From an uncultured Planctomycetota bacterium (GTDB lineage: Bacteria > Planctomycetota > Planctomycetia > Isosphaerales > Isosphaeraceae): 64,000 nt of DNA. Positions 53,844 to 64,000 of this stretch are shown piece after piece. The stretch spans positions 640,001 through 704,000 of the forward strand of contig CAWGMQ010000004.1 in the NCBI GenBank assembly GCA_963823665.1, given 5' to 3'. Position numbers and translations under genes: made by a program. The first letter of the stretch is position 1, and every line of letters starts with the position of its first letter. The notes under the pieces are model-generated. The model had not been told where the DNA came from, searched no databases, and was given only the letters and a program-made list of their open reading frames with translations.

Positions 53844-55511
53844 CGAACCTTACTCATCAGGCTGCGGTAACCGACTCGATAGTTGTCAGCGACGATGTTC
53901 TGCCACTCGTCATCGTGAAGGTTGGCGTTCCGGCCGTTCAATGGGAGCGCAGGCAGCCAGAGTTCAGGGTTCGTCCCGCTCAGCCGGAAGACCGACGCCA
54001 GATAGTCGAGAGTCGTTTCCCTGGATACTGAAATCTCGGCGAAGAGCGCCGCCTCGCCAGGGACGTCAGGGTCAATCGGGAATCGTCCGGCACACAAGAC
54101 CGTCTTGCCGCTCCACTTGAACCGGTACGCGATCGGCGCGACTCCTCGACCGCGAAGCTTTACAGGCGTCACGTCGAACCATCGCTGTTGCGGTAGCTCA
54201 TTCGAGGTTAGTACCGCGGCGCCCGGCGGGCACAATTCCCGGATCTTCGCACGGCCCTCCGGCGCGACGACCACCGTTGCGTGGCATTGCCCGACAAGCG
54301 CACCGAGCCCCGCCGTGCTCTGGGGATCGCAAGAAGTGAGCAAGACGGCGGCCGGATCCGCGGGCGGAAGCCCAGGCTTTTGCAGTCGTGCCTTGACGAA
54401 GGGAAGCAGCCCCGGCCCTCCTGGCGCGTCAATCAAAAAAAACTTCGACGCCGCGATCAGCCCGTAGACCGCCCCCCCGTTGAAGTCACCGAGGTAATAC
54501 ATTCCCGGCAGCAGCTCCTTTGGGTTGCCGTCCAGGAATAGAGCCCCGTCGGCGTCGTACCGGGCTGAGAGTCGTGCCATCTCGGCAATCCCGTCGTCGA
54601 GCAGTTTTTCCCAACGCGCTTGCGAAAGGCGAGGCTCCTGGGGCGTGGGGTCCGAGCGGGGATGACCGGGAAGCACCAGATCCGGCAGCGGCAGCGCCCG
54701 CAGCTTCCGCAAGGATGCGAGATAGGCTTTGGCATCCCCACGATAGCGCGGGGGCATGTACGTGGAATAAGTACCCAGAGGCCGGTCGATGCGCAGGTGT
54801 GATTTTTCGGCACCCACGAACGTCGAAATCACATCTCCGGCGAACAGCGCCCGCAGGGCTCCCCTCTCCATCAGGTAACAGACGCTTCCAGGCGTGTGCC
54901 CAGGCGTCGCCAGCACCCGAAAGCGAACGTCGCCGAAGTCAATCGTCTCACCCCCTTTGAGCGCGACATCGACATCGGTCGCGTGAAGCGTCCCCTCGGG
55001 CAGCTCGAACGCGCTGAAGATCGCCTCGCGGGGTCCACCCGCCAACAGGGCAGCCGCGTCGCCTTCCCCGGCATACACGGTCGCGCCGGTCTCGGTACGC
55101 ACACATTGGGCTCCCCCCGTGGTCCGCGTGCGCGTGCGTCAGCAACACGGCCCTCACACGTCGCCAGTCGAGCCCGGCGCCCGCCATCTGCGACTTCAGA
55201 ACGCGCGCATCGCTCCTCAATCCCGAGTCAACCAGAACGATTCCCTGAGTTGTTTCGACCGCATACGCCGCTGACGGACTGAGCCCGCCTAAAATGTAGA
55301 GCCCCTCCGCCATGCGCACTGTGAACGGAGCAAGCGGCGGTCGCGGACCGTCTGAGTTGCACAAGGCCCCGACATGGCCAGGCGTGCCTGCGTACAGAAA
55401 GACCAACAACGGCACCACGATCCGGCGCAGACTCGTCTCGAGCGCCTTGCGCGGGTTCCGGAGAACCTTCGTCATCCGGTGCATCGCCACTGTGAATCTG
55501 GACAAACCCAT
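53840..55511 (-). CDS. Tandem metallo-beta-lactamase-fold hydrolase; frameshift near 55108
   Basis: LTHAHADH, TPGHTPGS, FAGD and LPGH in domain 1; the second MBL-like domain has LLTSCDPQST in place of HxHxDH. Confidence 0.85.
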
Positions 55512-55514
55512 TGG

Positions 55515-57431
55515 TCAATCAACCTTGGGCATCCGCTCCGGATGCGATGAGCCTTCACGGATGAGCCAGCTCGCCCGCGCTTCAATCTCTTCGTACCGGT
55601 CAATCCGGCCCGAGGGCCAGCGGACTGTGAGCCGATCGACGGCTCGGGCGCCGCCGATCCCGATCAAGAGCCGTGGATCATGCGATGCGCCCAGGCTGCC
55701 TCCCCCTTTGCGCTGGCGAAAGCTGGTGCGGCCGCCGGCCTCCACCTCGACTCGAGCCCCGATCGCATCGCGATTGCTCTGAACACCAACCAGGCAGATC
55801 CGGATCCACTGGTTTGACGTATCGGTGTCATTTCGAAGCACCGCCGCCGGAGCATCCTTGTGATTGATCGCCAGATCGATGTCGCCGTCATTATCGAGGT
55901 CGCCATACGCAACTCCCCGGCCGACGTGGTCGGAATCAAAGTACGCTCCGGCATCACGCGTCGCCAGCACGAATCGCTCCCCCCCCTCGTTTCGGTGCAA
56001 GAGCGCCGGCTCGGCGTAACTGTTGAACACACGGCTGATGAGACGAAGGTTATCGTCGACATGGCCGTTCGCCACGAAGCAATCCGGCCAGCCGTCGGAG
56101 TCGAAGTCGCCCAGCACGCAGCCCCATCCAACCCAGGCCAGACTATCGTGGAAGATCCCGGACGTTCGCGCTCGATCCTCGAATTGACCTTCGCCGAGAT
56201 TGATGAAGAGCGCATTTCCTTCCCCCAGGAAATTGGAAACGAACACGTCGGCCCTGCCGTCGCCGTCGACATCCTCGGCGTCAACTCCCATTCCCGCGCG
56301 CATCGCCCCGTTCGGACCATATCCCGCGCCGGAAGACTCGGTGACATCGACGAACGTCCCGTCCCCTCGATTCAAGTAGACAAAATTGGGGCACATGTCG
56401 TTTGCAACATAAAGATCAATGCGGCCGTCGTCATTCAAGTCGGCTGCAACGGCACCGAGCCCGCGGCCGTCGCTCCGCGCCACACCAGAGGCCTCGGTCA
56501 CATCAGTAAATGTCAGATTGCCGTTATTGCGAAAGAGGACGTGTCGGGCCGGCTTGATCGCGTGGGGTGAACAGTACACCCGCACGCGGCTCGGACCCGA
56601 CCCGTCAACTGACGTCGCTCTCTCGCAAACAAGATCGTCGTCCGGCAGCTTCCACTTACCGTAGTTAACCACGTAAAGATCGAGATCGCCATCGTTGTCG
56701 TAGTCGAGGAAAGCGCCTCCGGGCGACCAGCCTTCTCGGTCAACTCCAGCTTGCTTGCTGATATCCTGAAACGTGCCATCGCCTCGGTTCAAGTAAAGGA
56801 CATTGCGGCCGCTGTTGCAGAGGAATACATCGGAATCGCCGTCGTTGTCGATGTCGCCGCTGACGATGCCGCGACAGTAGCCGCCAAACGCGAGACTCGC
56901 CGCCTTGGTCGCTTCCGCAAACCGTCCCGCACCCAGATTCCGGTACAGGCGATTGGTGCGCCTCGATGCCGTGCCGGCCGGTAGGAGCGTGCCGTTCGCA
57001 AAGTAAAGGTCCATCCGTCCGTCGCCATCGTAGTCGAAGATCGCCAGGCCCGATCCATAGGCAGTCGGAAAATGCTTGTCCTTCGTCATCCCCGAGAAAT
57101 GGACAAAGTCGACGCCACTCTGCTTGGCGACCTCGGTGAATCGGAACGGACTTGGCGGCTGCATGACCGAGATGTTGGCACGAGTGGCGCGAAGGTCGAG
57201 CGACCGCTCGGCCGCAATCAAGTCGGCGGTCGCGTCGTCCACCACCGTCGCCGCAGATTGTTGCACAACCATGCGATTCAAAGCGAGGACAGCGTGAACG
57301 GCCAGCAGAACACCGAGAAGTGCCGGAGCACGCGTGACGACCGTCCGCGGTCGGTCAGGCCGGCCCGCCCCAGCTTCGTCATCCCGGCGGCGCTCCTCGA
57401 GCGCATGCCGGCGAAGTCGAGGCCATCTCAT
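55515..57431 (-). CDS. CRTAC1/ASPIC-UnbV protein, class C
   Basis: PPSPFRFTE, HFSGMTKDKHFPTAYGSG, DxDxDG repeats, NRDAIGARV, RWPSG. Confidence 0.94.
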   Translation of the reverse strand: MRWPRLRRHALEERRRDDEAGAGRPDRPRTVVTRAPALLGVLLAVHAVLALNRMVVQQSAATVVDDATADLIAAERSLDLRATRANISVMQPPSPFRFTEVAKQSGVDFVHFSGMTKDKHFPTAYGSGLAIFDYDGDGRMDLYFANGTLLPAGTASRRTNRLYRNLGAGRFAEATKAASLAFGGYCRGIVSGDIDNDGDSDVFLCNSGRNVLYLNRGDGTFQDISKQAGVDREGWSPGGAFLDYDNDGDLDLYVVNYGKWKLPDDDLVCERATSVDGSGPSRVRVYCSPHAIKPARHVLFRNNGNLTFTDVTEASGVARSDGRGLGAVAADLNDDGRIDLYVANDMCPNFVYLNRGDGTFVDVTESSGAGYGPNGAMRAGMGVDAEDVDGDGRADVFVSNFLGEGNALFINLGEGQFEDRARTSGIFHDSLAWVGWGCVLGDFDSDGWPDCFVANGHVDDNLRLISRVFNSYAEPALLHRNEGGERFVLATRDAGAYFDSDHVGRGVAYGDLDNDGDIDLAINHKDAPAAVLRNDTDTSNQWIRICLVGVQSNRDAIGARVEVEAGGRTSFRQRKGGGSLGASHDPRLLIGIGGARAVDRLTVRWPSGRIDRYEEIEARASWLIREGSSHPERMPKVD

Positions 57432-57767
57432 AAAACAGTTCCGGGATCAGCAACGAGGTTTGCAGAGAGTCCGACACGACCGCATCATCCAGCATCGCCT
57501 TGTCATTCTAGTCTTTGCGTCAATTCGGTGCGAGCGGTCCCTGTCTCCGAGGACGAACTTCCGGACGCGCGAGTATCCGCCAAGACGCTCGGCCTAAGAA
57601 TCCCCACCGAGCGATCCGGACACTAGACACACCGCATGCCCAAGGATGACCTGTCCCTCCTGCATCGCCGTCGGCGTCGGCACCCAGCCGCGCGCGAGCC
57701 GCGCTTCCAGCAATTCATCGGCAGTCGGCCGATGATTCCAGACGGCGACCGCCGTCACCACGCCAAA

Positions 57768-58007
57768 TCACGTGGTGTCGTAAACGAGCCAGAGCCCGCC
57801 GGGATACGCAACGAGGATGTCGTGGCTGAATTCGTCCTGCGTCACCATTCCGGACGGGGCGAGCGGAGGCTTGTGCCCGCGCAGCCAATCGACGGCATGC
57901 TTGATGGAGCTGTGGCTCGCCACGGTCTCGGCGATCCGGGCGAAATCCTCCGGAGCAAGATCGGCGCGGTTCTCGATGGGAAACGCTGTTTCCAATTGCG
58001 CCGCCAT
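57768..58007 (-). CDS. Small hypothetical protein
   Basis: MVTQDEFSHDILV...WLVYDTT; co-oriented downstream of YraN; start uncertain. Confidence 0.6.
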   Translation of the reverse strand: MAAQLETAFPIENRADLAPEDFARIAETVASHSSIKHAVDWLRGHKPPLAPSGMVTQDEFSHDILVAYPGGLWLVYDTT

Positions 58008-58052
58008 TTCTTCACGCTCAGACCGCACGTCGTGCAAACAGACCCCAGAACG

Positions 58053-58451
58053 TCAGCGAAACATCTGTCCGGTCCCAACCGCCTCGAACGCCCCGCGAAT
58101 GTGCTCGATTTCCGGAAGACGCCGATCCTCGGCCCACACGATCGCCACCACGTCGAATCGCGAACGCTGTTCGAGCAAGTTGCGGTTGCGTAGAAAGTGG
58201 AGCGCCGCCAGGGTGAGCCGTCGCTGCTTCTCCGGCGTCACGGCTTCCGCGGGCGTGCCGCGCCGCCGCGTTTTCACTTCGACGAAGACCAAGATGTCGC
58301 CCTCTCGCGCGATCAGGTCGATCTCGCCCCAGAGCGTGTCATAACCGCGCGTGAGGATGCGCATCCCTTCGCGCCGCAGGAACCGTGCCGCCGCGCGCTC
58401 GCCCCGGTCACCAAAGAAGCGATTCCATAAACGAGGTACGAACCGTCGCAT
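58053..58451 (-). CDS. yraN: YraN (UPF0102) family putative endonuclease
   Basis: GDRGERAA, GEIDLIA, LVFVEVKTR, EAVTPEKQRRL, RFDVVAI. Confidence 0.95.
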   Translation of the reverse strand: MRRFVPRLWNRFFGDRGERAAARFLRREGMRILTRGYDTLWGEIDLIAREGDILVFVEVKTRRRGTPAEAVTPEKQRRLTLAALHFLRNRNLLEQRSRFDVVAIVWAEDRRLPEIEHIRGAFEAVGTGQMFR

Positions 58452-58496
58452 GAGCTGTGACCGCCATTGCTGCGCGCTGCTCGCCCGCCGTCGCTC

Positions 58497-58817
58497 TTAA
58501 TTCACGCCGAGATCCCTCTCGATATCGCGGGCTTCGGAACTCAACCCGCTCCATCGCCGGCTGTTCGAAAAGAATGGCGTCTGGTTGTTGGAGTCGGAAT
58601 TGACGCCCATGACTTTGTTCGCATCCATCTGCACGGCCGTCGGCTTGTACGGATCGTCTGATTTCGACGACGGAACGCCGTCATCGTCACTGTTCCTGTG
58701 CCACGCTTTCAGCGACTCGCAGCCCGTCATCCCGGTCACGACCGCGCCCAGGCACAGCACGCGGAACAAGTGCGCACCGGCAGCACCGGTGCCAGCGGTT
58801 GATCGACGCATCATCAC
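58497..58817 (-). CDS. Hypothetical lipoprotein
   Basis: Hydrophobic stretch ending MTGC; C-terminus GLSSEARDIERDLGV. Confidence 0.65.
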   Translation of the reverse strand: MMMRRSTAGTGAAGAHLFRVLCLGAVVTGMTGCESLKAWHRNSDDDGVPSSKSDDPYKPTAVQMDANKVMGVNSDSNNQTPFFSNSRRWSGLSSEARDIERDLGVN

Positions 58818-59064
58818 AATCCCGCCTTATCCTACGAGATGGGCCGTCGCGACGGCGACCCGAGATGGAAAGGAGACGATTCGCGGAGCGCGTCCGGAGA
58901 AGCGGTGATGGAAGTGTGATCGAAGTTTCCCAAAATGGGGCGACAACGTCCAGATCGTTTCGGCGCACCCCATCAGCACACTGATACCGCCAAAAAGGGG
59001 GCCGCGGAATGCTTCTCGCATTGGCGTATCAGAATGTGAAGGAAAGAGTTACGTCATCTGCTGG

Positions 59065-60591
59065 TCATGGGATCAGCCGATCCGATGAATTCGATGGACG
59101 CTCTGGCGGTTTCGCAGTCCAACCCACTATGAGCACCGTCAACCCCAAGAGCGGCGCCAGACCCACGATCACGAAGTTAACGATCAAACTCCCCGTCCAG
59201 TCACGAATCGCGCCGGCGAACGGCTGATACGCAGCCACCGTCAGATTTCCCAAACCACCCAGATAGCCCGCAACAAGCCCGGTGTGCTTGGGCGAAACGT
59301 CTTGTGTGAATGAGAAGTAGTTGGCCATGAACGCCGCGGTTCCGGCGGCCATCAGGCACAGCAAGACGATGGCGGAGACGTCGCTTTGCGGCATCGCGAG
59401 TCCGGTGCCGATCAGGATCAAGACCATGCAAACTGACATCACCGCGAGTCGTGCACGGACGACGGCGGCGCCCATCGCGGCAAGCCCGAGCGAGAGCGCG
59501 CCGCCGCCCAGGTTGCCGAGATCGGCGGCCAGAAACGTCGCGGAGGTCAGGTAGCCGCTGGCCGACCGGCCAAGCCCGCGATCGTCGCGAAGGTAAGTCG
59601 GAATCCAGTTCACGAGGAAGTGCCAGCAGATATTAATCGATATGGATACGACGGCCAGGATCCAGAAGCGCTTGAGCCTGGCAATCTCGTGCAGCGTGGT
59701 CGCCCAGCCGAGCCCGCCGAAGGCGTCCCTGGGCAAGAAGCCCGCGACGCCAAGCGGCCCCAGCATGGCCACAGCAATCGCCACCCACACTGCCGCCAGT
59801 CCGTACCAGCGAGCGAGGCTGCACGCGGCGACGACGGCGATCGCCACGCCGCCAAACGCCATTCCGGCCGCCGGCGAGAGCTGCAACCACCCCCCGGCGT
59901 TTGCCCGCTCGCCTGCGGTCGCGGGCTTTTGCCTTGCAAGCATCCCGCTGCGCGGCCCGCGAACCAGCGCAACCCACACTGTGACCCATACAAAACCGAG
60001 CGAGCCGATGACGAGAAACGTTCCGCGCCATCCGAAGCTCGGCATGAGGTGAACGACGACAGCCGGCGTGAGCACTGCGCCCACGGCCGCTCCCGAATTG
60101 AATATTCCGTTCCCAAGGCTTCGATCTTTAGGTGGAAGAACGCGCGCCGTGACGCGCAGCGCGCACGGCCAGTTGAACGACTCGCCCACCCCGAGCAGTG
60201 CGCGGCAAGCAAACAGCCAGCCCAGGCTAGGCACGAAGGCTGTCGCGATCGCCGCGAGCGACCACCACGCGACCGCCGCGGCGTAACACCAGCGCAGGTC
60301 CCATCGATCCACGAGGTAGCCTGCTGGCACCTGAAAGAGCGCATAAGTCATGGAAAAGGCAGCGAGAACCCAGCCGAAGTCGGTCGAGTCCGGAATGGAA
60401 AAAGACTGGCTGATTTCATGCTTGACCAGCGTGATCGCCTGCCGGTCCATGTAATTCAGCACGGTCGAGGCGAACATCAACCAGCAGAGCACCCAGGCCC
60501 ACGCGGTTGCGCGCGAAGGGCCGCCGGCGTCAGTGGCATTTCCATCGCCGGGTTGGTCGGCAAGCGGTGTCGATTGGTGCGCTGGCGGCAA
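59065..60591 (-). CDS. MFS transporter (ExuT/hexuronate-like)
   Basis: STVLNYMDRQAI, GYLVDRW, RALLGVGESFNWP, NGIFNSGAAVGA, NWIPTYL. Confidence 0.92.
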   Translation of the reverse strand: MPPAHQSTPLADQPGDGNATDAGGPSRATAWAWVLCWLMFASTVLNYMDRQAITLVKHEISQSFSIPDSTDFGWVLAAFSMTYALFQVPAGYLVDRWDLRWCYAAAVAWWSLAAIATAFVPSLGWLFACRALLGVGESFNWPCALRVTARVLPPKDRSLGNGIFNSGAAVGAVLTPAVVVHLMPSFGWRGTFLVIGSLGFVWVTVWVALVRGPRSGMLARQKPATAGERANAGGWLQLSPAAGMAFGGVAIAVVAACSLARWYGLAAVWVAIAVAMLGPLGVAGFLPRDAFGGLGWATTLHEIARLKRFWILAVVSISINICWHFLVNWIPTYLRDDRGLGRSASGYLTSATFLAADLGNLGGGALSLGLAAMGAAVVRARLAVMSVCMVLILIGTGLAMPQSDVSAIVLLCLMAAGTAAFMANYFSFTQDVSPKHTGLVAGYLGGLGNLTVAAYQPFAGAIRDWTGSLIVNFVIVGLAPLLGLTVLIVGWTAKPPERPSNSSDRLIP

Positions 60592-60792
60592 TGGGAGGGA
60601 CCTTCGAGAGGAGCTACGCTCGGAGGGACTTTCAAAGCCAGATTATCCTGGACAAGATCACAGAACGGATCGGAATTCAAGTCGGCAGGAGTTCCTGGCG
60701 TCGAAAGGGCCGGAGTTCATTCAATTTCCAGATCGTTCTGGTACTCTACCTGCAAAAACCACCGATTTGCGTCACATCCTTACCACCATTGG

Positions 60793-60956
60793 ACTTAAGT
60801 GTGACGATGGAATAATCGGAAGTCGGAGTTTATCGTCGTAAATGACGGCTCAGTTGGCACTTAGGGCGTGACGATCGAATTATCGGAACCAGGGCAATTC
60901 TAGATATAAAACCATGTGGTGACTAAAGTTATGGCGTGACGATGGAACTATCGGAA
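60793..60956 (+). repeat. Three degenerate ~30-bp direct repeats with 67-68 bp period
   Basis: GTGACGAT(G/C)GAA(T/C)(A/T)ATCGGAA starts at 60801, 60868 and 60936. Confidence 0.85.
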
Positions 60957-61137
60957 CGCGGGCTCGCACATTGGCACTGAATCCGCAGCTTAACCTGCGC
61001 TCTCGCCCAACCCGCACACTGCGCTGCCAACACCGGCACGGAAGTCCGGTTGAAGCAACCCCGGGTCCGATCGCTCACGAAAGGTGCACTCATAATCCGA
61101 CTCGCAATCGTACTCATGCTCGAACTCTTGCTCCCAC

Positions 61138-61208
61138 CCTCCGTCCTCCGTCCTCCGTCCTCCGCCCTCCGTCTTCCGTCTTCCGCCCTCCGTCCTCCGC
61201 CCTCCGTC
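61138..61208 (+). repeat. Heptamer microsatellite (CCG(T/C)C(C/T)T)n, about 10 units
   Basis: ccgtcctccgtcctccgtcctccgccctccgtcttccgtcttccgccct...; shorter relatives near 62100, 62275-62335 and 63337. Confidence 0.9.
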
Positions 61209-61489
61209 CACGGACGTACCGCCCGCAAAACATAGTGAACAACCCCGCAGATGGAAAATGGCAATTTCGCGTGGCATATGCCATTCAACTTTTCGGTCGC
61301 TCAAAATCGCGAAGTTCAGTTCTGATCTATTGACACCAATTGAAGTTCCGGATGACGTGCTCCGCGTCTGACAACCGTTCGCCGGCTCGAAAAATGGCAA
61401 AAAGTGGCAATATTACGGGGCCCTTCAAGCATCCGTACACCGGTGTAAATTGGCAGCGCCAGCAGGCGGTACATCTCCCTCAAAAAACG

Positions 61490-61520
61490 AATGAGACAAA
61501 ATGAGACGAAATGGGACGAA
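61490..61520 (+). repeat. Triple decamer, copy 2
   Basis: aatgagacaa aatgagacga aatgggacga; an inverted unit cgtctcatttt lies at ~61533. Confidence 0.85.
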
Positions 61521-62361
61521 TCACCCTGAAAACGTCTCATTTTGCTCGCTGCCTCGAACCCCGTCCGACGGCTGGCCGGAACACCCTGGAGCAGCACCGA
61601 GATGCCGAGTGCCAAAGAAGATAACGCCACGAATTCCTCCCCATGATCCCTCGGCCCAATGGATGAAAACTCACACGCCCGTGGTCCACACCCGTCCCAC
61701 GCCCCCGACACCGGGATGCGAGGCCGCAGAACGGCCTTCGAACTTCACCCCAACTAATCCCCGGATAACCCTGTCGCTGGACAGCTCCCTGCTGTTCGGA
61801 TTTCGAACTTCGAATTTCGGATTTTCATTCCCTACCATTATTATGCGCGGGTTTCGGGCGTTAGCCATCTCCACAATCACGCGTGTAAATCTCTGAGTAA
61901 AACACAAATTCAATCGAGATAGGCAATTAGCCACCGCGCCCGGGCAAGTGATTCTCATTCAGATGAGCCCGTTCAAAGCGTTTTGAAACCATAATTGTGA
62001 ACACGCGGGGCTGGCTCCAGACGATCCCGATTCGTTTTGTAAATTCGTCGCGCGTCCTTACGCCTAAAGGATTACGGTAACAGCACTGGCAAGTCGTGAT
62101 CTCCGCCCTCCGCCCTCCGCTCTCCGCTCTCGTGCACCAGCGGCTTCAGCCCTCCGAGCATCACGCTCGCACAATGAGAATCCGCGACCAAAACCCGTCC
62201 CCAATCCCGCCCCATTTCCGTGCCCTCGGTCTGCTCCGTGGTTCAAACTCCTAGCCGACCCCGCCATCCGTTGTGATCTCCGCCCTCCGCCCTGATCTCC
62301 GCCCCCCGTCCTGATCTCCGCCCTCCGCCCTCCGCCCGACCCACCGGATCAACGGGCTCCG

Positions 62362-62392
62362 ATGAGACAAAATGAGACGAAATGAGACGAAA
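62362..62392 (+). repeat. Triple decamer, copy 3
   Basis: atgagacaa aatgagacga aatgagacga a. Confidence 0.85.
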
Positions 62393-64000
62393 TCACGAAA
62401 ATCCGCCTCACCGACAATCGCCGTTCTCCTCCCACATCAAGGCATTGCGCCGAATCGTCCGATCAATTTCGAAGGCAACCGTCTCACGTACAGAAAACAC
62501 GGCTTCTCCGTTTCTTCGGCAAGTCCGCCGGGGCACGCCAACCCGATGAAGGCGTTCCCCCAGTCCAGCCCCGCGTGCTCGCCCCCGTTTGACGACACCG
62601 CGACGCCGCTGAACCATGCCTAAGTTCGTTTTGTAGATTCGTCGCGCGTCCTTACGCCACAAGGGTTAAGGGAACGCGAACGGTCACCCGCCGGTCGACT
62701 CAAGTCTGGCACTGGCTGACCGTCCCCTCGCTGATCACTTACCCCGCACATCAATTCCGGCGCGTATTCTTGTGTTTCTCGCTCCACCCGTGTCTCTCCG
62801 CCCAGCCCGCACCGCCACACGGCCAAAACCGGCGCGGAAATCCCGTTGAAGCAACCTCGGTTAAACATAGTGAACAAGTCCCCCGACCCTGCGTGGCGCT
62901 TTGGTACGACCCGCGCCACGGTGTAGTCGAACACCCGGAAGGCCCGCCGGAGATTCCCGATCCTCCTGTGCCACTTCGACATGCGGCGCGCCCTTTCCGC
63001 CCTTGGACACCCGCTGCCCCCCTCCAATCGTGGCGCAAAGTGGCGCGTTTTCGTGGGTCCTCCAGCATCTGTACAGTAGTGTAAACCCACGCTCGAAGCA
63101 GGGTGGGTGTAACCCACCGGCTCAAGGAAGGGTGTGATCCCGACAAGTTGTCCGCTCCGGCCATCAACAACGCACACGCTCCAGCGCGAAGGTTTGGAGT
63201 GATCGTGTTTCAAGGCGATCCAGCTCCCTTTGACATGAAAAATGACGGTACCCTTGGCCTCTACCATAGATGATCTACAAACGCCCCGATCCGTTTGCGC
63301 AAAAGATGTGGTATTCGTCCATTTCGAGTGAAATTTCTCCGCCCTCCGCCCTCGGCCTCTACTCCAAATGATCTACAAAACGCCCGTCCCAGTTTCCAAA
63401 AAGATGTCGATGTCGAATGAGCGCAATGCGGCTCACGGCCCACACACATCGTGCGGGGGCATCGCTCCCCCCGATGTCGGCGAACTCGTGCCAGCGTTCG
63501 TCACCCCGGTTGAGCATCCAAACGCGCGAAAGTCGCCACGAAGCCCGACGTGTCCTCAATGCCAAAACGACCCCCACTTCCAAACAACATTCCAACAATG
63601 GTCTTCTGGATCAGGTATCTTCCCTGATAACCGAAAACAAGAGACGGCGTGAGTGAAACGAGTTCTAACTGCTCGTGACTTGAAATGAAGATCTCGGAGC
63701 AGCTTCACATCTTGGTAATTGTGGCCCGCGATTGCTGGCGTCGACAAGCGGGACTGGCGGCTACGGCGCTGAAACTACCGCCGCAGCCCGGCCCTCGAAG
63801 ATAGCGACTTACCGCCCGACCTCTTGCATGCCATGGACCGGAACAGACCGGCGTTCGGCGACGAAACCCGTGTCTGCACTTCATTTTACGAAATCACGTT
63901 CCATTTGCAAGATCACATGTAACATAGCAAAAATATGCAAGGATAGTGTGTAATTCGGCCGGTAAGTGTGTAGGGCGGAACGTCCCAAGATAATGGTCCC

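Noticed and set aside
53840..55511. Antibiotic-resistance beta-lactamase
   Set aside because: The MBL fold alone does not indicate beta-lactam hydrolysis; the tandem architecture and context argue otherwise.
60793..60956. Bona fide CRISPR array
   Set aside because: Only three units with several mismatches each, and no cas genes; kept only as a repeat.
60929..63953. ORFs listed in the terminal region
   Set aside because: Short, overlapping on both strands, partly translations of microsatellites, and without RBS or domain evidence.

Overview
High-GC bacterial DNA that looks planctomycetal, probably Isosphaeraceae-like. This is inferred from the ECF sigma/Ser-Thr kinase pair, DUF1559 prepilin-like genes, DUF1800/DUF1501 and the many CRTAC1/ASPIC-UnbV genes. 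It has five parts. (1) 1-10.6 kb: a BCS1-like AAA ATPase, an element remnant, and an ECF sigma-kinase/WD40-carboxypeptidase-regulatory-DUF1800-DUF1501 operon. (2) 10.6-23.7 kb: a mobile-DNA hotspot with one full-length REP-associated (RAYT/Y1 HUH) transposase, two copies carrying the same internal deletion, a second Y1 transposase pseudogene, a VapBC-like TA pair, two LRR genes (one fused to a membrane-less RND porter fragment), a tRNA-Val 3' fragment resembling an att site, and an 'NRRNA..STGP' family gene with a duplicated leader. (3) 23.8-30.6 kb: an ABC importer with three PF04392-type binding domains, a STAS protein and an orphan Xre/MbcA antitoxin. (4) 30.7-57.4 kb: seven CRTAC1/ASPIC-UnbV genes in three architectures, arranged as an apparently duplicated module headed by two near-identical DUF1559 genes, plus TPR, lipoprotein, TMTC-like glycosyltransferase, oxidoreductase and MBL genes. 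This is my best candidate for an uncharacterised surface system. (5) 57.7-64 kb: YraN, a lipoprotein, an MFS transporter and about 3.4 kb of repeat-rich non-coding DNA. About a dozen 1-2 nt frameshifts in otherwise intact genes suggest long-read sequencing error, so these were not called as pseudogenes. All family assignments come from motif recognition by eye; no searches were run.
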